A DNA stretch of 64,000 nucleotides from a virus. Position 1 is the first letter of the stretch. The number at the start of each line of letters is the position of its first letter. Location: the IMG/VR virus record IMGVR_UViG_3300044858_003398, one strand, 5' to 3'. A program made the position numbers and the translations under genes. Positions 37,502 through 45,881 of this stretch are shown here, in pieces. Under the pieces are notes generated by a model, which made no database searches, was not told the DNA's origin, and was given only the letters and a program-made list of their open reading frames with translations.

Positions 37502-38236
37502 CTATAGTGGCTGATTAACTGAGTCGAGAAAAGCCTGTATATCTGGAGTAAGTTCAATCCTGTTGCCCTTGGAGAGGTTTTGGTTTGACCACATTGGTTG
37601 TAGGTTACTTAAGCTCCAACAGGCGATAAACGCTGGATGATCATATGAGTCAAATTTGAAGTACGACTGAGGTATCACATGGTCAATATGCCAGCCACCC
37701 TTTCCGTAGTTCTGCCAACTCATGCCGTCTGTAAATTTGGATTCAAGATGATCCATCAGTTCTTTTGGGGTGTAGGGGATTAAGTCTTGCCAGCTATGTC
37801 CGAATTTATTTTTCCTTAATCCTCTCCAAATAGCATATGACATATTCATCTTGATTCTATAGTGCGGACTTGTCGCTCTTAATTCCTTCATATAGTCTCT
37901 AAAATATTTGTTTATTTTATCTTTGTTATTACTTAGATATTTCTTCTTCCACTCATCTGATCTTTCTTTGTTGTTCTCTTTCCAGAGCTTGGCTTTTTTG
38001 ATATAAAATTCTGGATTCTGTCTATACTTCTCTTTGCTGCTTTCGCTTTGTTTCTCTTTATTCTTACTGTAATATCTGTCACGACTTTTTCTGGCCATCT
38101 CAATTCGTTCTGGTCGACTGGCTTCTTCTTTCAGACAAGATTTACATCGCGAGGCTCTTCCTAACTTACCCTGTTTTGCAGCATAAAAATTGTTAATGTC
38201 TTGCTCGATAAGGCATTTTTTACATATTTTATTCAT
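37502..38236 (-). CDS. HNH homing endonuclease (antisense insertion)
   Basis: CKKC..CKSC N-terminus; WHIDHVIP..NLQPMW..N..KGN; AGGAG RBS and late motif 38282-38288. Confidence 0.85.
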   Translation of the reverse strand: MNKICKKCLIEQDINNFYAAKQGKLGRASRCKSCLKEEASRPERIEMARKSRDRYYSKNKEKQSESSKEKYRQNPEFYIKKAKLWKENNKERSDEWKKKYLSNNKDKINKYFRDYMKELRATSPHYRIKMNMSYAIWRGLRKNKFGHSWQDLIPYTPKELMDHLESKFTDGMSWQNYGKGGWHIDHVIPQSYFKFDSYDHPAFIACWSLSNLQPMWSNQNLSKGNRIELTPDIQAFLDSVNQPL

Positions 38237-38288
38237 CTAACCTATCTCCTAATTGATACAGAATAACCCCCGTCACTATATAATACGC

Positions 38289-38534
38289 GTTAAAGACTTC
38301 ATGGATGATGAATCCGGTAAAGGAAAATTTGAGAATGTGCCGACTTTTCTTTTACGGTGCGATGGTGGCGAGTTTGAAGCTGTTCCAAAAGGCGATCAGA
38401 GTCTCCGAGAGGATTATCTTCGAAATGCAGAATCTTATATTGGATCTCTTGCAACTGTGAGATTCTTCGAGTATACTGCCGATGGTATTCCACGCTTTCC
38501 TGTCCTTATTGACTTCAGATCGGATGGAATATGA
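38289..38534 (+). pseudogene. displaced original 3' end of DNA ligase
   Basis: VKDFMDDE-SGKGKFENVP...FEAVPKGD...YIG..ATV.FF...PRFPV aligns with the ligase C-terminus; lacks FEIIGCR. Confidence 0.8.
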
Positions 38535-38815
38535 GAGTACTCCTGTTAGTCGTACTACTTTGTGGTTGCGAAGAGATTCGTCGTAATGGTAGACCGGGTG
38601 ATACTGGCTATGTCGCTCCTGAATACGTGAAGGTCAAGGTCATTGAGTTTGAGCCAGATTTGGTTATTGAAGTAGCCGGTGAGGCAATTATACGAAATGC
38701 CTATTCCGTGGTTGAGGATGAGAACGGCAGGAGATACCGTGTGGTGGGCAAAATTGGCCCAATCGGCGATACTTTCAAGATGGATGTGTCTTTGATGGAG
38801 GAGATTGGCTCATGA
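38531..38815 (+). CDS. putative lipoprotein
   Basis: MRVLLLVVLLCGC lipobox-like. Confidence 0.55.
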   Translation: MRVLLLVVLLCGCEEIRRNGRPGDTGYVAPEYVKVKVIEFEPDLVIEVAGEAIIRNAYSVVEDENGRRYRVVGKIGPIGDTFKMDVSLMEEIGS

Positions 38816-39045
38816 GTACAAGCATTAGTGATCTAGTTCCGGGCCAGTTCTTTGAGTTCAGATCTCCCGGATATTGTTTCCGCAAATGTATGTTTGTGGG
38901 AGTTGACGAGTACGGGGCGGTAAACTTCTTGCATAAGACTGCTGGCGGTGACAGGTTCCTCCTTAATAACCTACCATCTGATTATGACCCTATGGTGGAG
39001 ATTAATCTTCCACAGGATTGGACCTATAGCGGCAACAGTTACTAG
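38812..39045 (+). CDS. hypothetical protein
   Basis: ATGA coupling. Confidence 0.55.
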   Translation: MSTSISDLVPGQFFEFRSPGYCFRKCMFVGVDEYGAVNFLHKTAGGDRFLLNNLPSDYDPMVEINLPQDWTYSGNSY

Positions 39046-39070
39046 TAATCAATCTTTATGGAGCTTTAAC

Positions 39071-39397
39071 TTGGGCTACTACACCAAATATAAACTAGAA
39101 GAGCCAGACGTAGGCAGAGAATTGGGCTGGGAAATTGTCGAACAAATGGAGAGGTATGATACAGACTATGGGAAGCTTTCCAAATTCATCGGGGGATTCG
39201 GAGAATCCATAAAATGGTATGATCACGAAAGTGAGATGAAGGCATTCTCTAAGAGGTTTCCAGATGTAGTATTCACACTTCATGGTGAAGGCGAAGAATC
39301 TGGCGATCTTTGGGTTAAGTACTTCAAAGATGGTAAGATGCATAGGGTAGATGCGGTAATTAGCTACGCTCCATTTGATGAAGGACAACTTAAATGA
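39071..39397 (+). CDS. conserved phage hypothetical protein
   Basis: MGYYT..Y.L...KWYDHE..M..FS..FP...F.L.GEGEE. Confidence 0.65.
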   Translation: MGYYTKYKLEEPDVGRELGWEIVEQMERYDTDYGKLSKFIGGFGESIKWYDHESEMKAFSKRFPDVVFTLHGEGEESGDLWVKYFKDGKMHRVDAVISYAPFDEGQLK

Positions 39398-39431
39398 AAG
39401 ATCTAATCGATTTTGAAATAAGGCGAAGCCT

Positions 39432-39905
39432 ATGATCGGGATTTACTCCAAAGACATGACTAGGATTATTGGCTATACTATCAAGCGATATAGGCTCAAT
39501 TTTCCTGATGATATGCTTAGGGAAGATCTTGAGCAGGAAGTAGCCATAGGCCTATTAAAAGTCCCTCATGAGATTACCGCTGGAGACATTATTAGGCACG
39601 TCCTATGGGCAAGAGTACGAATCTGGAAAGACGCTATATCCCGACAACACAACCCGACTGAAGGAAAAGGCTTTTTGCCGTCAGAAGAGTCCATTTACGC
39701 CAAAGAGTCGGTAAAAAAGATAGTGGCAATTGAGAAGCTCACAGAACAAGAAAAAAACTTCCTGAAATGTAGGGCCGAAGGCCTTGACTCTCGGGAGATT
39801 ATGGATAAAATAGGCCTGAAGACGCGACAAAGACTTGAACAGATCAAGAGGGTCGCCTTCAACAAAGTTCGAGAACACTGTGCTGACGCAAAATACTGGA
39901 GTTGA
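39432..39905 (+). CDS. sigma-70-like factor (regions 2 and 4)
   Basis: REDLEQEVAIGLL; LTEQEK...GLDSREI...TRQRLEQI region-4 HTH. Confidence 0.65.
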   Translation: MIGIYSKDMTRIIGYTIKRYRLNFPDDMLREDLEQEVAIGLLKVPHEITAGDIIRHVLWARVRIWKDAISRQHNPTEGKGFLPSEESIYAKESVKKIVAIEKLTEQEKNFLKCRAEGLDSREIMDKIGLKTRQRLEQIKRVAFNKVREHCADAKYWS

Positions 39906-39993
39906 ATATGACAGCCGCTACATATTTCCTTGGTTCGTGTATCTTGATTCACGCAATTCTTAACTTCATTCGAAGTTACATGTGGTACGTAAA

Positions 39994-40290
39994 ATGAGCA
40001 AACCATTTCTCGAACAGCTTGAGTCTTGGATCGATCTGGAAGACTTTGTCGAACTAGAACGATGCGAGTTCAAAGTAGCAGAGATGCTCAAGAATTATGG
40101 TCGTGTAGTTGCCGAAATGGAAGAGGATAAATCCTCCTTTTTGTGGCAAGACTCGATGGCCTTAGCTGTTCACAAAGAGCTTAAAAGGCTCAAAGCCTTG
40201 GTTAAGCGTGTTGATATCCTCTACAAGAAGAAAGCAAAACATGATTCCGCAAAATTACGAGATCAGAACCCAGAAGAGAGCAGACATTGA
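39994..40290 (+). CDS. hypothetical protein
   Basis: ORF track. Confidence 0.5.
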   Translation: MSKPFLEQLESWIDLEDFVELERCEFKVAEMLKNYGRVVAEMEEDKSSFLWQDSMALAVHKELKRLKALVKRVDILYKKKAKHDSAKLRDQNPEESRH

Positions 40291-40513
40291 GGGAGACGAG
40301 TATGAGCACTTCAATGTGTACTGTGATGGAGAATATGTTTTTTCTGCTTTCTCTCGTAAGCAGGCAGAGAATCTCATCAGTAAAAGAGAAGATGCCCTAC
40401 AGCAGGCCAAAAATGAGTTTGCTGCCGCCGCATTCTTATATCTTCATAAGGACTCTTCCTATCTGAAGTATCCTATGACGAGTGCGAGATCTGGGATGGG
40501 CCGAAAGGGCTAA
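40241..40513 (+). CDS. hypothetical protein
   Basis: ORF track, internal ATG. Confidence 0.5.
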   Translation: MIPQNYEIRTQKRADIEGDEYEHFNVYCDGEYVFSAFSRKQAENLISKREDALQQAKNEFAAAAFLYLHKDSSYLKYPMTSARSGMGRKG

Positions 40514-40544
40514 ACTCTTCCGTTACAACAGCATGGAGCGAATT

Positions 40545-40736
40545 ATGGCGGCAGTCTTTCGTGAATATTCCAGAGTAGAGTTCATTCAGGTGCTCCGGTC
40601 TAACGGGTATGAGTCATCCAGACATGGGAAGCATGAGATCTTCTCTAATGGGGAAAAGCATGTCCCTATTCCTCATGACCGGAGGCTTAGTAAGATGTTG
40701 ACTAAGCGGATTATCAAGGAGCTTGGCCTGAACTGA
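40545..40736 (+). CDS. HicA-family protein
   Basis: L..NGY...R.GKHEIF......VPIPH.....L...IIKE.GL. Confidence 0.7.
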   Translation: MAAVFREYSRVEFIQVLRSNGYESSRHGKHEIFSNGEKHVPIPHDRRLSKMLTKRIIKELGLN

Positions 40737-40779
40737 AGACCTTGGGCCGATCACCCCATCTCTTTTACCGGAACCAATC

Positions 40780-41145
40780 ATGACCAGAATCAATGTCGGC
40801 ATTCTGCCGGGAGAACTACCGGACAAGTTGCTCATAGCTGAGCATAGGGAAATCAAAAGAATCCCCAATGTTGTAAAATCTGGCAGATTCTCTCTTGCAA
40901 ATCAGCCAAAATCGTTTACACTTGGGACGGGGCATGTAAAGTTTTTTTATTCCCGGCTGCTTTTTCTTAAAGAGCGATATAAAGAACTTCATGACGAGTG
41001 TCTCTTCAGAGGCTTCAATGTACAGAACTACATTTCTGCATGGGACGATGTTCCGCATGAATATCTGGGGGATTACATTCCCACTCAACGTGATCGTAGT
41101 TTAATCCTTGAAAGAATAACTTCAAAGGGTCATCATCTTGTTTAA
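40780..41145 (+). CDS. denV: pyrimidine dimer DNA glycosylase (T4 endonuclease V family)
   Basis: MTRIN, LIAEHREIKRI, FTLGTGHVKFFY. Confidence 0.9.
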   Translation: MTRINVGILPGELPDKLLIAEHREIKRIPNVVKSGRFSLANQPKSFTLGTGHVKFFYSRLLFLKERYKELHDECLFRGFNVQNYISAWDDVPHEYLGDYIPTQRDRSLILERITSKGHHLV

Positions 41146-41488
41146 TTTCGGAGCATATGGTATGTCTATGAGTGTTGATGAACTTCGTGAACTTGGTTGC
41201 TGGGTCTACATTCATCATAACCGAGTTCGCAAGAACAAATGGGTTAATACTTCCCCAACGACTAAGGTTCTAAAAGAACTGGTATGGCCTAAAGGCGGAT
41301 CTACATCAGTAGATATCGTCCTGCCTAATGGAGAAGAGTACGTAGGAATTGCTAATTGTCTATCTACAGACAGCTATAACAAGAAGCTAGGAGTTGCTTA
41401 TGCTCTTGATAGAGCAATTAGTGCCATGCTCAAACGTAACATTTTTGAAAAATCCAAGGGGGTGAACCATGCTAATTCAGCAAATTAA
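41138..41488 (+). CDS. conserved phage hypothetical protein
   Basis: PKGG.T...G.A.C...DSYNKKLG..AL.RA. Confidence 0.6.
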   Translation: MFNFGAYGMSMSVDELRELGCWVYIHHNRVRKNKWVNTSPTTKVLKELVWPKGGSTSVDIVLPNGEEYVGIANCLSTDSYNKKLGVAYALDRAISAMLKRNIFEKSKGVNHANSAN

Positions 41489-41708
41489 GGAGACTGAGGC
41501 CTCTATAACCTCTGCGAAAGAGGCTCTTAAGGCCCTAGAATCTGCCATTGGTCCGATTATGGCTGCTCCCAAGGACTCAGTTTATCCCAAGGGGGAGCCT
41601 CTCCCTGAGGGTAGTTCTGAGGCTACTAAACTCATGAAAGAGCTTGACTATTCCATTTTTCTTCTGAGGCTCGACATTGAGTCTCTCACTTCAAGGATTC
41701 AACTATGA
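41469..41708 (+). CDS. hypothetical protein
   Basis: ORF track. Confidence 0.55.
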   Translation: MLIQQIKETEASITSAKEALKALESAIGPIMAAPKDSVYPKGEPLPEGSSEATKLMKELDYSIFLLRLDIESLTSRIQL

Positions 41709-42016
41709 AGTCTATCGCTGTTGCATTGGTGTCTTTGGCTTGCGTCTATCATCTGATTACCGTAGGTAATCTTGAAAAAGAGTCTACTTTGCTTAAACAT
41801 GAAATGGCTCTCCATAAGGCCGAGGCAGATATCTTGCGTGATCAGATGACAGATATGACTTTTCAGTGGTCTTCTAAGAAGACCTATGAGGAAGGCGTTA
41901 TGGATGGAATCCATAACTCTAAGAGTCATGAATACATGGCGGGATATCATTTTGCCGTAGGTCAGCTCTTTGCTGTTCCAGAGGACTCAGTTACCAGTAC
42001 TGAAGCAAAACCATGA
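41705..42016 (+). CDS. hypothetical protein with N-terminal TM
   Basis: ATGA coupling. Confidence 0.55.
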   Translation: MKSIAVALVSLACVYHLITVGNLEKESTLLKHEMALHKAEADILRDQMTDMTFQWSSKKTYEEGVMDGIHNSKSHEYMAGYHFAVGQLFAVPEDSVTSTEAKP

Positions 42017-42185
42017 AATACCGCTGCATCAAAGAATCCCCAGACTATGCCGAGGATGGGGAAGTCGATATGTGTCGATGCGTTGAGGGCTACATCTATG
42101 ATGTTAGCGAGATCATCGACACAAAATTTGGCAAAATGCTTGTAATCTCGGGCGAGTGGCACCTAGCAGAATGCTTTGAGCAAAT

Positions 42186-42413
42186 ATGAACGATAACGAT
42201 CCATACTGTCCCGAATGCCATGGGAGACACAGGGGTAGCTGTGGTAGGTTGATCGCACAGCAGGTACGTATTAGTCCACAAGATTCGATTGAGTCTGTGA
42301 TCAAGAAGCTATCTGCTATACGACCGCATTCTGTTGTAATCTCATCATATGAAAACGATGAGACTAGAGGCGTAATAATCAACTTTGAGAACAAAACTTT
42401 TGGGTGCTATTAA
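42186..42413 (+). CDS. hypothetical protein
   Basis: CPECHG. Confidence 0.5.
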   Translation: MNDNDPYCPECHGRHRGSCGRLIAQQVRISPQDSIESVIKKLSAIRPHSVVISSYENDETRGVIINFENKTFGCY

Positions 42414-42585
42414 TGACGAAAGACGAGAAGTTTGAGATCCTTGATATGATTGAGGAAGTTCTCACAAGATGTGAGGAGTCTATTTACAAACCAGAGTCGG
42501 AGACTTATCATTCAGTTGTTAATCCTGAAAAGGCTCGGCAGGCAATTCGGGCTATAAAGGACAACCTTAACCTAAGTGGAGAACC

Positions 42586-42846
42586 ATGAAATTGCTTGCA
42601 GCATTGATGGCTTTTGCCATCTGCGTCTCAGGTGAGGCTGGCGAAACCAGCATCACCACAAAATTTGGAAATGGGACCTTGACACGTCGTTCTGATGGTG
42701 ATAGAATCATCACACAGCCCTTCGGACGAGGAACCTTATCTCGGGAAACTTTTAAGAATGGCCGCAAGGCCGTTCACATTTCTCAGCCATTTGGGCGGGG
42801 AACCATCACGAGATCCTACGGATCTCTGAGAATTAGCCCTAAATAA
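42586..42846 (+). CDS. small secreted repeat protein
   Basis: signal peptide plus 3x FG(N/R)GT. Confidence 0.55.
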   Translation: MKLLAALMAFAICVSGEAGETSITTKFGNGTLTRRSDGDRIITQPFGRGTLSRETFKNGRKAVHISQPFGRGTITRSYGSLRISPK

Positions 42847-43030
42847 TAAGCCTAACGGCAAAGAATGGGCGTATAAGATCTTAGCGGATCTTTTACAACC
42901 TATAATAAGGGGGCTTTGCCCCACCAGATCTAAGGCTTGTGTCGAGTGCGAGAGGAATTCCTAACAGGGCATTGTGTCCCACTGGACTAATCTTGGTAGA
43001 CATAAGGGTAAGCTAGGTCTGGCTTTATAT

Positions 43031-43108
43031 TCCGGAGGTAGATAGAATTGGCCACCTATCGAGTCGTCACAGACGACTCTAGCTCAATTGGCCGTAAAGA
43101 GTACCGGA
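43031..43108 (+). ncRNA. circularly permuted tRNA-like RNA
   Basis: TCCGG..T-like arm..GAGTCGTC-ACA-GACGACTC..TAGCTC D arm..CCGGA. Confidence 0.6.
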
Positions 43109-43115
43109 TCTGAAA

Positions 43116-43260
43116 CGATCGGCGGCGTTGACAGCGAAACGCACACGAGGCGAAGTACAAGCTGAGTGAATACCACAAGACTTACCGGGCTGGAAAACGA
43201 TGGCAGTCCCTGACGGAGCAATCCGCCAATAAGATACAGGTGCAATTCCTGTCCGATCGA
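43116..43260 (+). ncRNA. tRNA shell with long insert
   Basis: CGATCGG/CCGATCG acceptor, GCGT/ACGC D arm, ACAGG-TGCAATT-CCTGT T arm. Confidence 0.6.
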
Positions 43261-43267
43261 TCTGATT

Positions 43268-43333
43268 TGGGACGAATGCTAGTATAGTCTACAATTTTTA
43301 ACTGTCCCGACTATACAACTTTTTGTCGTCCCA
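43268..43333 (+). ncRNA. Y-RNA-like stem
   Basis: TGGGACGA/TCGTCCCA terminal stem with GACGAATG (GNCGAANG) on the 5' strand. Confidence 0.5.
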
Positions 43334-43502
43334 TTAATATGCCGATGGCTTTATAGCATCGGAACGATGCAGGCAGGTTCAATTCCTGCTCGTTGACCGA
43401 GATCTGGTGAAAGAGGTGGCTCGAAGCCATCACTGGTGAAAACCTTAGGGAGTGCCCCGCCTTGACGGGGAGGTCCGAGTGATGGCCGTTAGCCATCTAT
43501 AT

Positions 43503-43574
43503 CGTTACTGGGAGGTAAGTATCTTGGACGGGCTCATAACCCGTTTTAAATCGGGGCGGTTCCGATAGTAACCA
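43503..43574 (+). tRNA. tRNA-fMet-like (CAU), degenerate
   Basis: ACGGG-CTCATAA-CCCGT, 1:72 mismatch, non-canonical D and T loops. Confidence 0.6.
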
Positions 43575-43907
43575 CTTGGCTTCGCAAGAAGCCTAGAACA
43601 CTAGGCGTTAGCTGCATACTCCTATGGGGGGTGTTATTCCGAACAAGTATGGATTAGCTGTCCAGAAAAACTAGGAATGGCCACAAAGGGCAAATAGGTA
43701 GGGCTCTGAGGCTTGCTGGACGAAACGACCTGTTCCTAGTGTTCTTTTTTCGAAACTGCTTCGTAAGAAGCGCAGGTAACGTATAAGGGGGCCAAAGACC
43801 GTGGTTCTCGTGAAATAAACACCCAGAGGGAAACCTAGGCTGGGTGATAAAAACACGACGTAGCTTTTGGATGGCTTACGCCATCTCTGTACTTCTTGCG
43901 AAGCCTT

Positions 43908-43979
43908 TGACCAATAGCATAATCGGCAGTGTAACTGACTTTGACTCAGTTGGCGGTAGTTCGAATCTACCTTGGTCAA
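43908..43979 (+). tRNA. tRNA-Gln (UUG)
   Basis: TGACCAA/TTGGTCA, ACTGA-CTTTGAC-TCAGT, GGTAG-TTCGAAT-CTACC. Confidence 0.9.
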
Positions 43980-44201
43980 TGTCAAGCAAGCGTAAGCTTG
44001 CGTACTCTGTGGGGCGAAGGTACGTCGCCCATTACTAGTATAAACCAAGTATGTCTTGAGACAAACTAGTAATCGTACACAGAGGCCCCTCGGGGCATTA
44101 GATCGTTGGTTCCACAGGTAGGTGAGTCATTGGAACATCTTGTCCGGCACTTCGTGGAGTCTCTCTGGCCGGAGAATAAATAGAGACCTAGGCCTACCAT
44201 C

Positions 44202-44273
44202 GGTTCTATAGTGTATCGGTTCGCACGACAGCCTGTCATGCTGTTAGGATGAGTTCAACTCTCATTGGAATCG
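44202..44273 (+). tRNA. tRNA-Asp (GUC)
   Basis: ACAGC-CTGTCAT-GCTGT, G73 discriminator. Confidence 0.85.
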
Positions 44274-44291
44274 CTTAATAAGGCAAAGTCC

Positions 44292-44468
44292 ATGAAAATC
44301 TATTTCGTAGTAACCCGTGACACTTCTTTTACTGGTCCAGACTCCGTCATCTGCGTAACCGCCGACAAGACAAAAGCCCTTGAGTACATGCTCCCTTGTC
44401 GATATATCAAAGAGTTCGATGTAGAAACTGACCAATTTGCCGACAAATCGAACGATTTGAGGCCTTGA
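44292..44468 (+). CDS. hypothetical protein
   Basis: GGCAAAGTCC before ATG. Confidence 0.55.
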   Translation: MKIYFVVTRDTSFTGPDSVICVTADKTKALEYMLPCRYIKEFDVETDQFADKSNDLRP

Positions 44469-44534
44469 CTTCCCAAAAACGCCTGATAAAATGCGATCTG
44501 ACGATCCAAAACACAAATGACAAGGGGCGAAGTC

Positions 44535-44744
44535 ATGAGCAGAGAAGATTTCGAGGATACAATCCTCTTTGATAAAATGGGTGAGTACATTGTGAATGAG
44601 ACTCTCGTCTCAGTCCAGTACTTCAGGGATGATCTGAAGGTCGGCTACTACAATGCAATCTCGGGGAATTCGGAAACCTATTCTGGGGTTGAGGTGGCCG
44701 ATCATATCCTAAGGAATCTCACCTTCAGTGAGACTCCTTATTAG
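44535..44744 (+). CDS. hypothetical protein
   Basis: GGCGAAGTC before ATG; promoter 44465-44492. Confidence 0.55.
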   Translation: MSREDFEDTILFDKMGEYIVNETLVSVQYFRDDLKVGYYNAISGNSETYSGVEVADHILRNLTFSETPY

Positions 44745-44757
44745 GGCGAAGCCAAAC

Positions 44758-45030
44758 GGGCCGTAATTGATTTGAATGGCAATTAAGGCAATAACTGCGG
44801 GTAGGAGTTGGTCAACGGCTCCTTAAAAATTGACCGAACAATAACTGCAAAAACCTTTGCTGTAGCTGCATAAGCTGGAGGGTCTCATGCCCCTCCTTAC
44901 AAAAGCATGAGAGCAACGATACGCAACGTCAGCTTGGCTGACCACACGAACCGGGGGCTTTAGCCCCATACACCCGTAGACGTTATTGATGAGATTGTTC
45001 CATGACGGCATGTCGAAGTGCCACGGTCCA
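44758..45030 (+). ncRNA. ssrA: tmRNA
   Basis: acceptor GGGCCGT/ACGGTCC-A with G3:U wobble; ATAACT-GCA resume context; tag ORF 44847-44873 AKTFAVAA*; P2 pairings AATAAC/GTTATT and GCGGGT/ACCCGT. Confidence 0.85.
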
Positions 45031-45220
45031 TGAGCCCAATAGGGCTCTGATTTTCAGGCGTGACAGAATAGGCGAGCAAAACCCTTAGACAAGGTGTCGC
45101 AGACTTATTCCGGTGGGGTGTTTTCTTTAGCAGATTCTTGGGACCACGGGCGTTCACTCAAAAGAATCGCCGGTCTGAGTAATCCTACGTCTAATAGGAG
45201 AGCTATCACAGACCGTATCC

Positions 45221-45305
45221 TCCGGATTTTCCCATCGCTAAACTGTAAATTTAGTGCCATTAATATGATGGGTGGCGGCAAGTAGTTCGATTCTTCAATC
45301 CGGAA
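45221..45305 (+). tRNA. tRNA-Tyr-like (GUA), lacking a D arm
   Basis: TCCGGAT/ATCCGGA, CTAAA-CTGTAAA-TTTAG, weak T arm. Confidence 0.45.
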
Positions 45306-45352
45306 TTTGGTGCCTTCGGCACCATAGACTCTCTTAAAATACCGAAGATATC

Positions 45353-45592
45353 ATGATCCAAACAACTCCAGCCAGAAACCTAGATGGAACCACCAAGGTG
45401 GATGGGACCGTAGTCATCTGTCTCAAGGATGGTCGGGTCGAAGAGGTAGTCTCAGACCTACAGCTTGATGTACAGGTGTTCAGTGTGGATTACGACTATG
45501 ATGGAGGGCGAGGATATGAGGGAAGACCGTCCCGGCCCCTCTGGGAATTTTTGAGGAAACTCATACATCTCCACTCGACAAACGAGAGATGA
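45353..45592 (+). CDS. hypothetical protein
   Basis: ORF track. Confidence 0.45.
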   Translation: MIQTTPARNLDGTTKVDGTVVICLKDGRVEEVVSDLQLDVQVFSVDYDYDGGRGYEGRPSRPLWEFLRKLIHLHSTNER

Positions 45593-45881
45593 TCAAGTAA
45601 ACTTGATAGACCACTAACAAATCCTGTGTCCCTGCGTGTGAAGGACTCCTCATTTTCACACAGAAGCTCGGATAAGTTCAGCAGAGACTAAGGATAAGAA
45701 ACTTGTTAGTGGCCTTTTAGATCTGGCAAACGCTTATGAAATAATAAGAGAATCGATTTGGGTCAAGCTTTCCTTCGGGGATTCTCCAGATGCCTAGGCT
45801 TCCCTTCTAGGTCTTTCAAAAGAATAAATCTTATAGCCACTACGGACACTTTCCGAGATTAAAGTGTCTAAGATCTTTTAT

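Noticed and set aside
37502-38236. Minus-strand HNH as an assembly or inversion artefact
   Set aside because: It has its own RBS and late motif on the minus strand and is flanked by a coherent ligase 3' duplication.
43700-43730. Hammerhead ribozyme (CTGAGG...CGAAAC)
   Set aside because: Lacks the CUGANGA core and the required flanking stems.
43311-45285. ORF-track entries over the RNA cluster (43311-43496, 43671-44048, 43844-44038, 44823-45011, 44960-45157, 45094-45285)
   Set aside because: They overlap tRNA/tmRNA/structured RNA and lack protein-like features.
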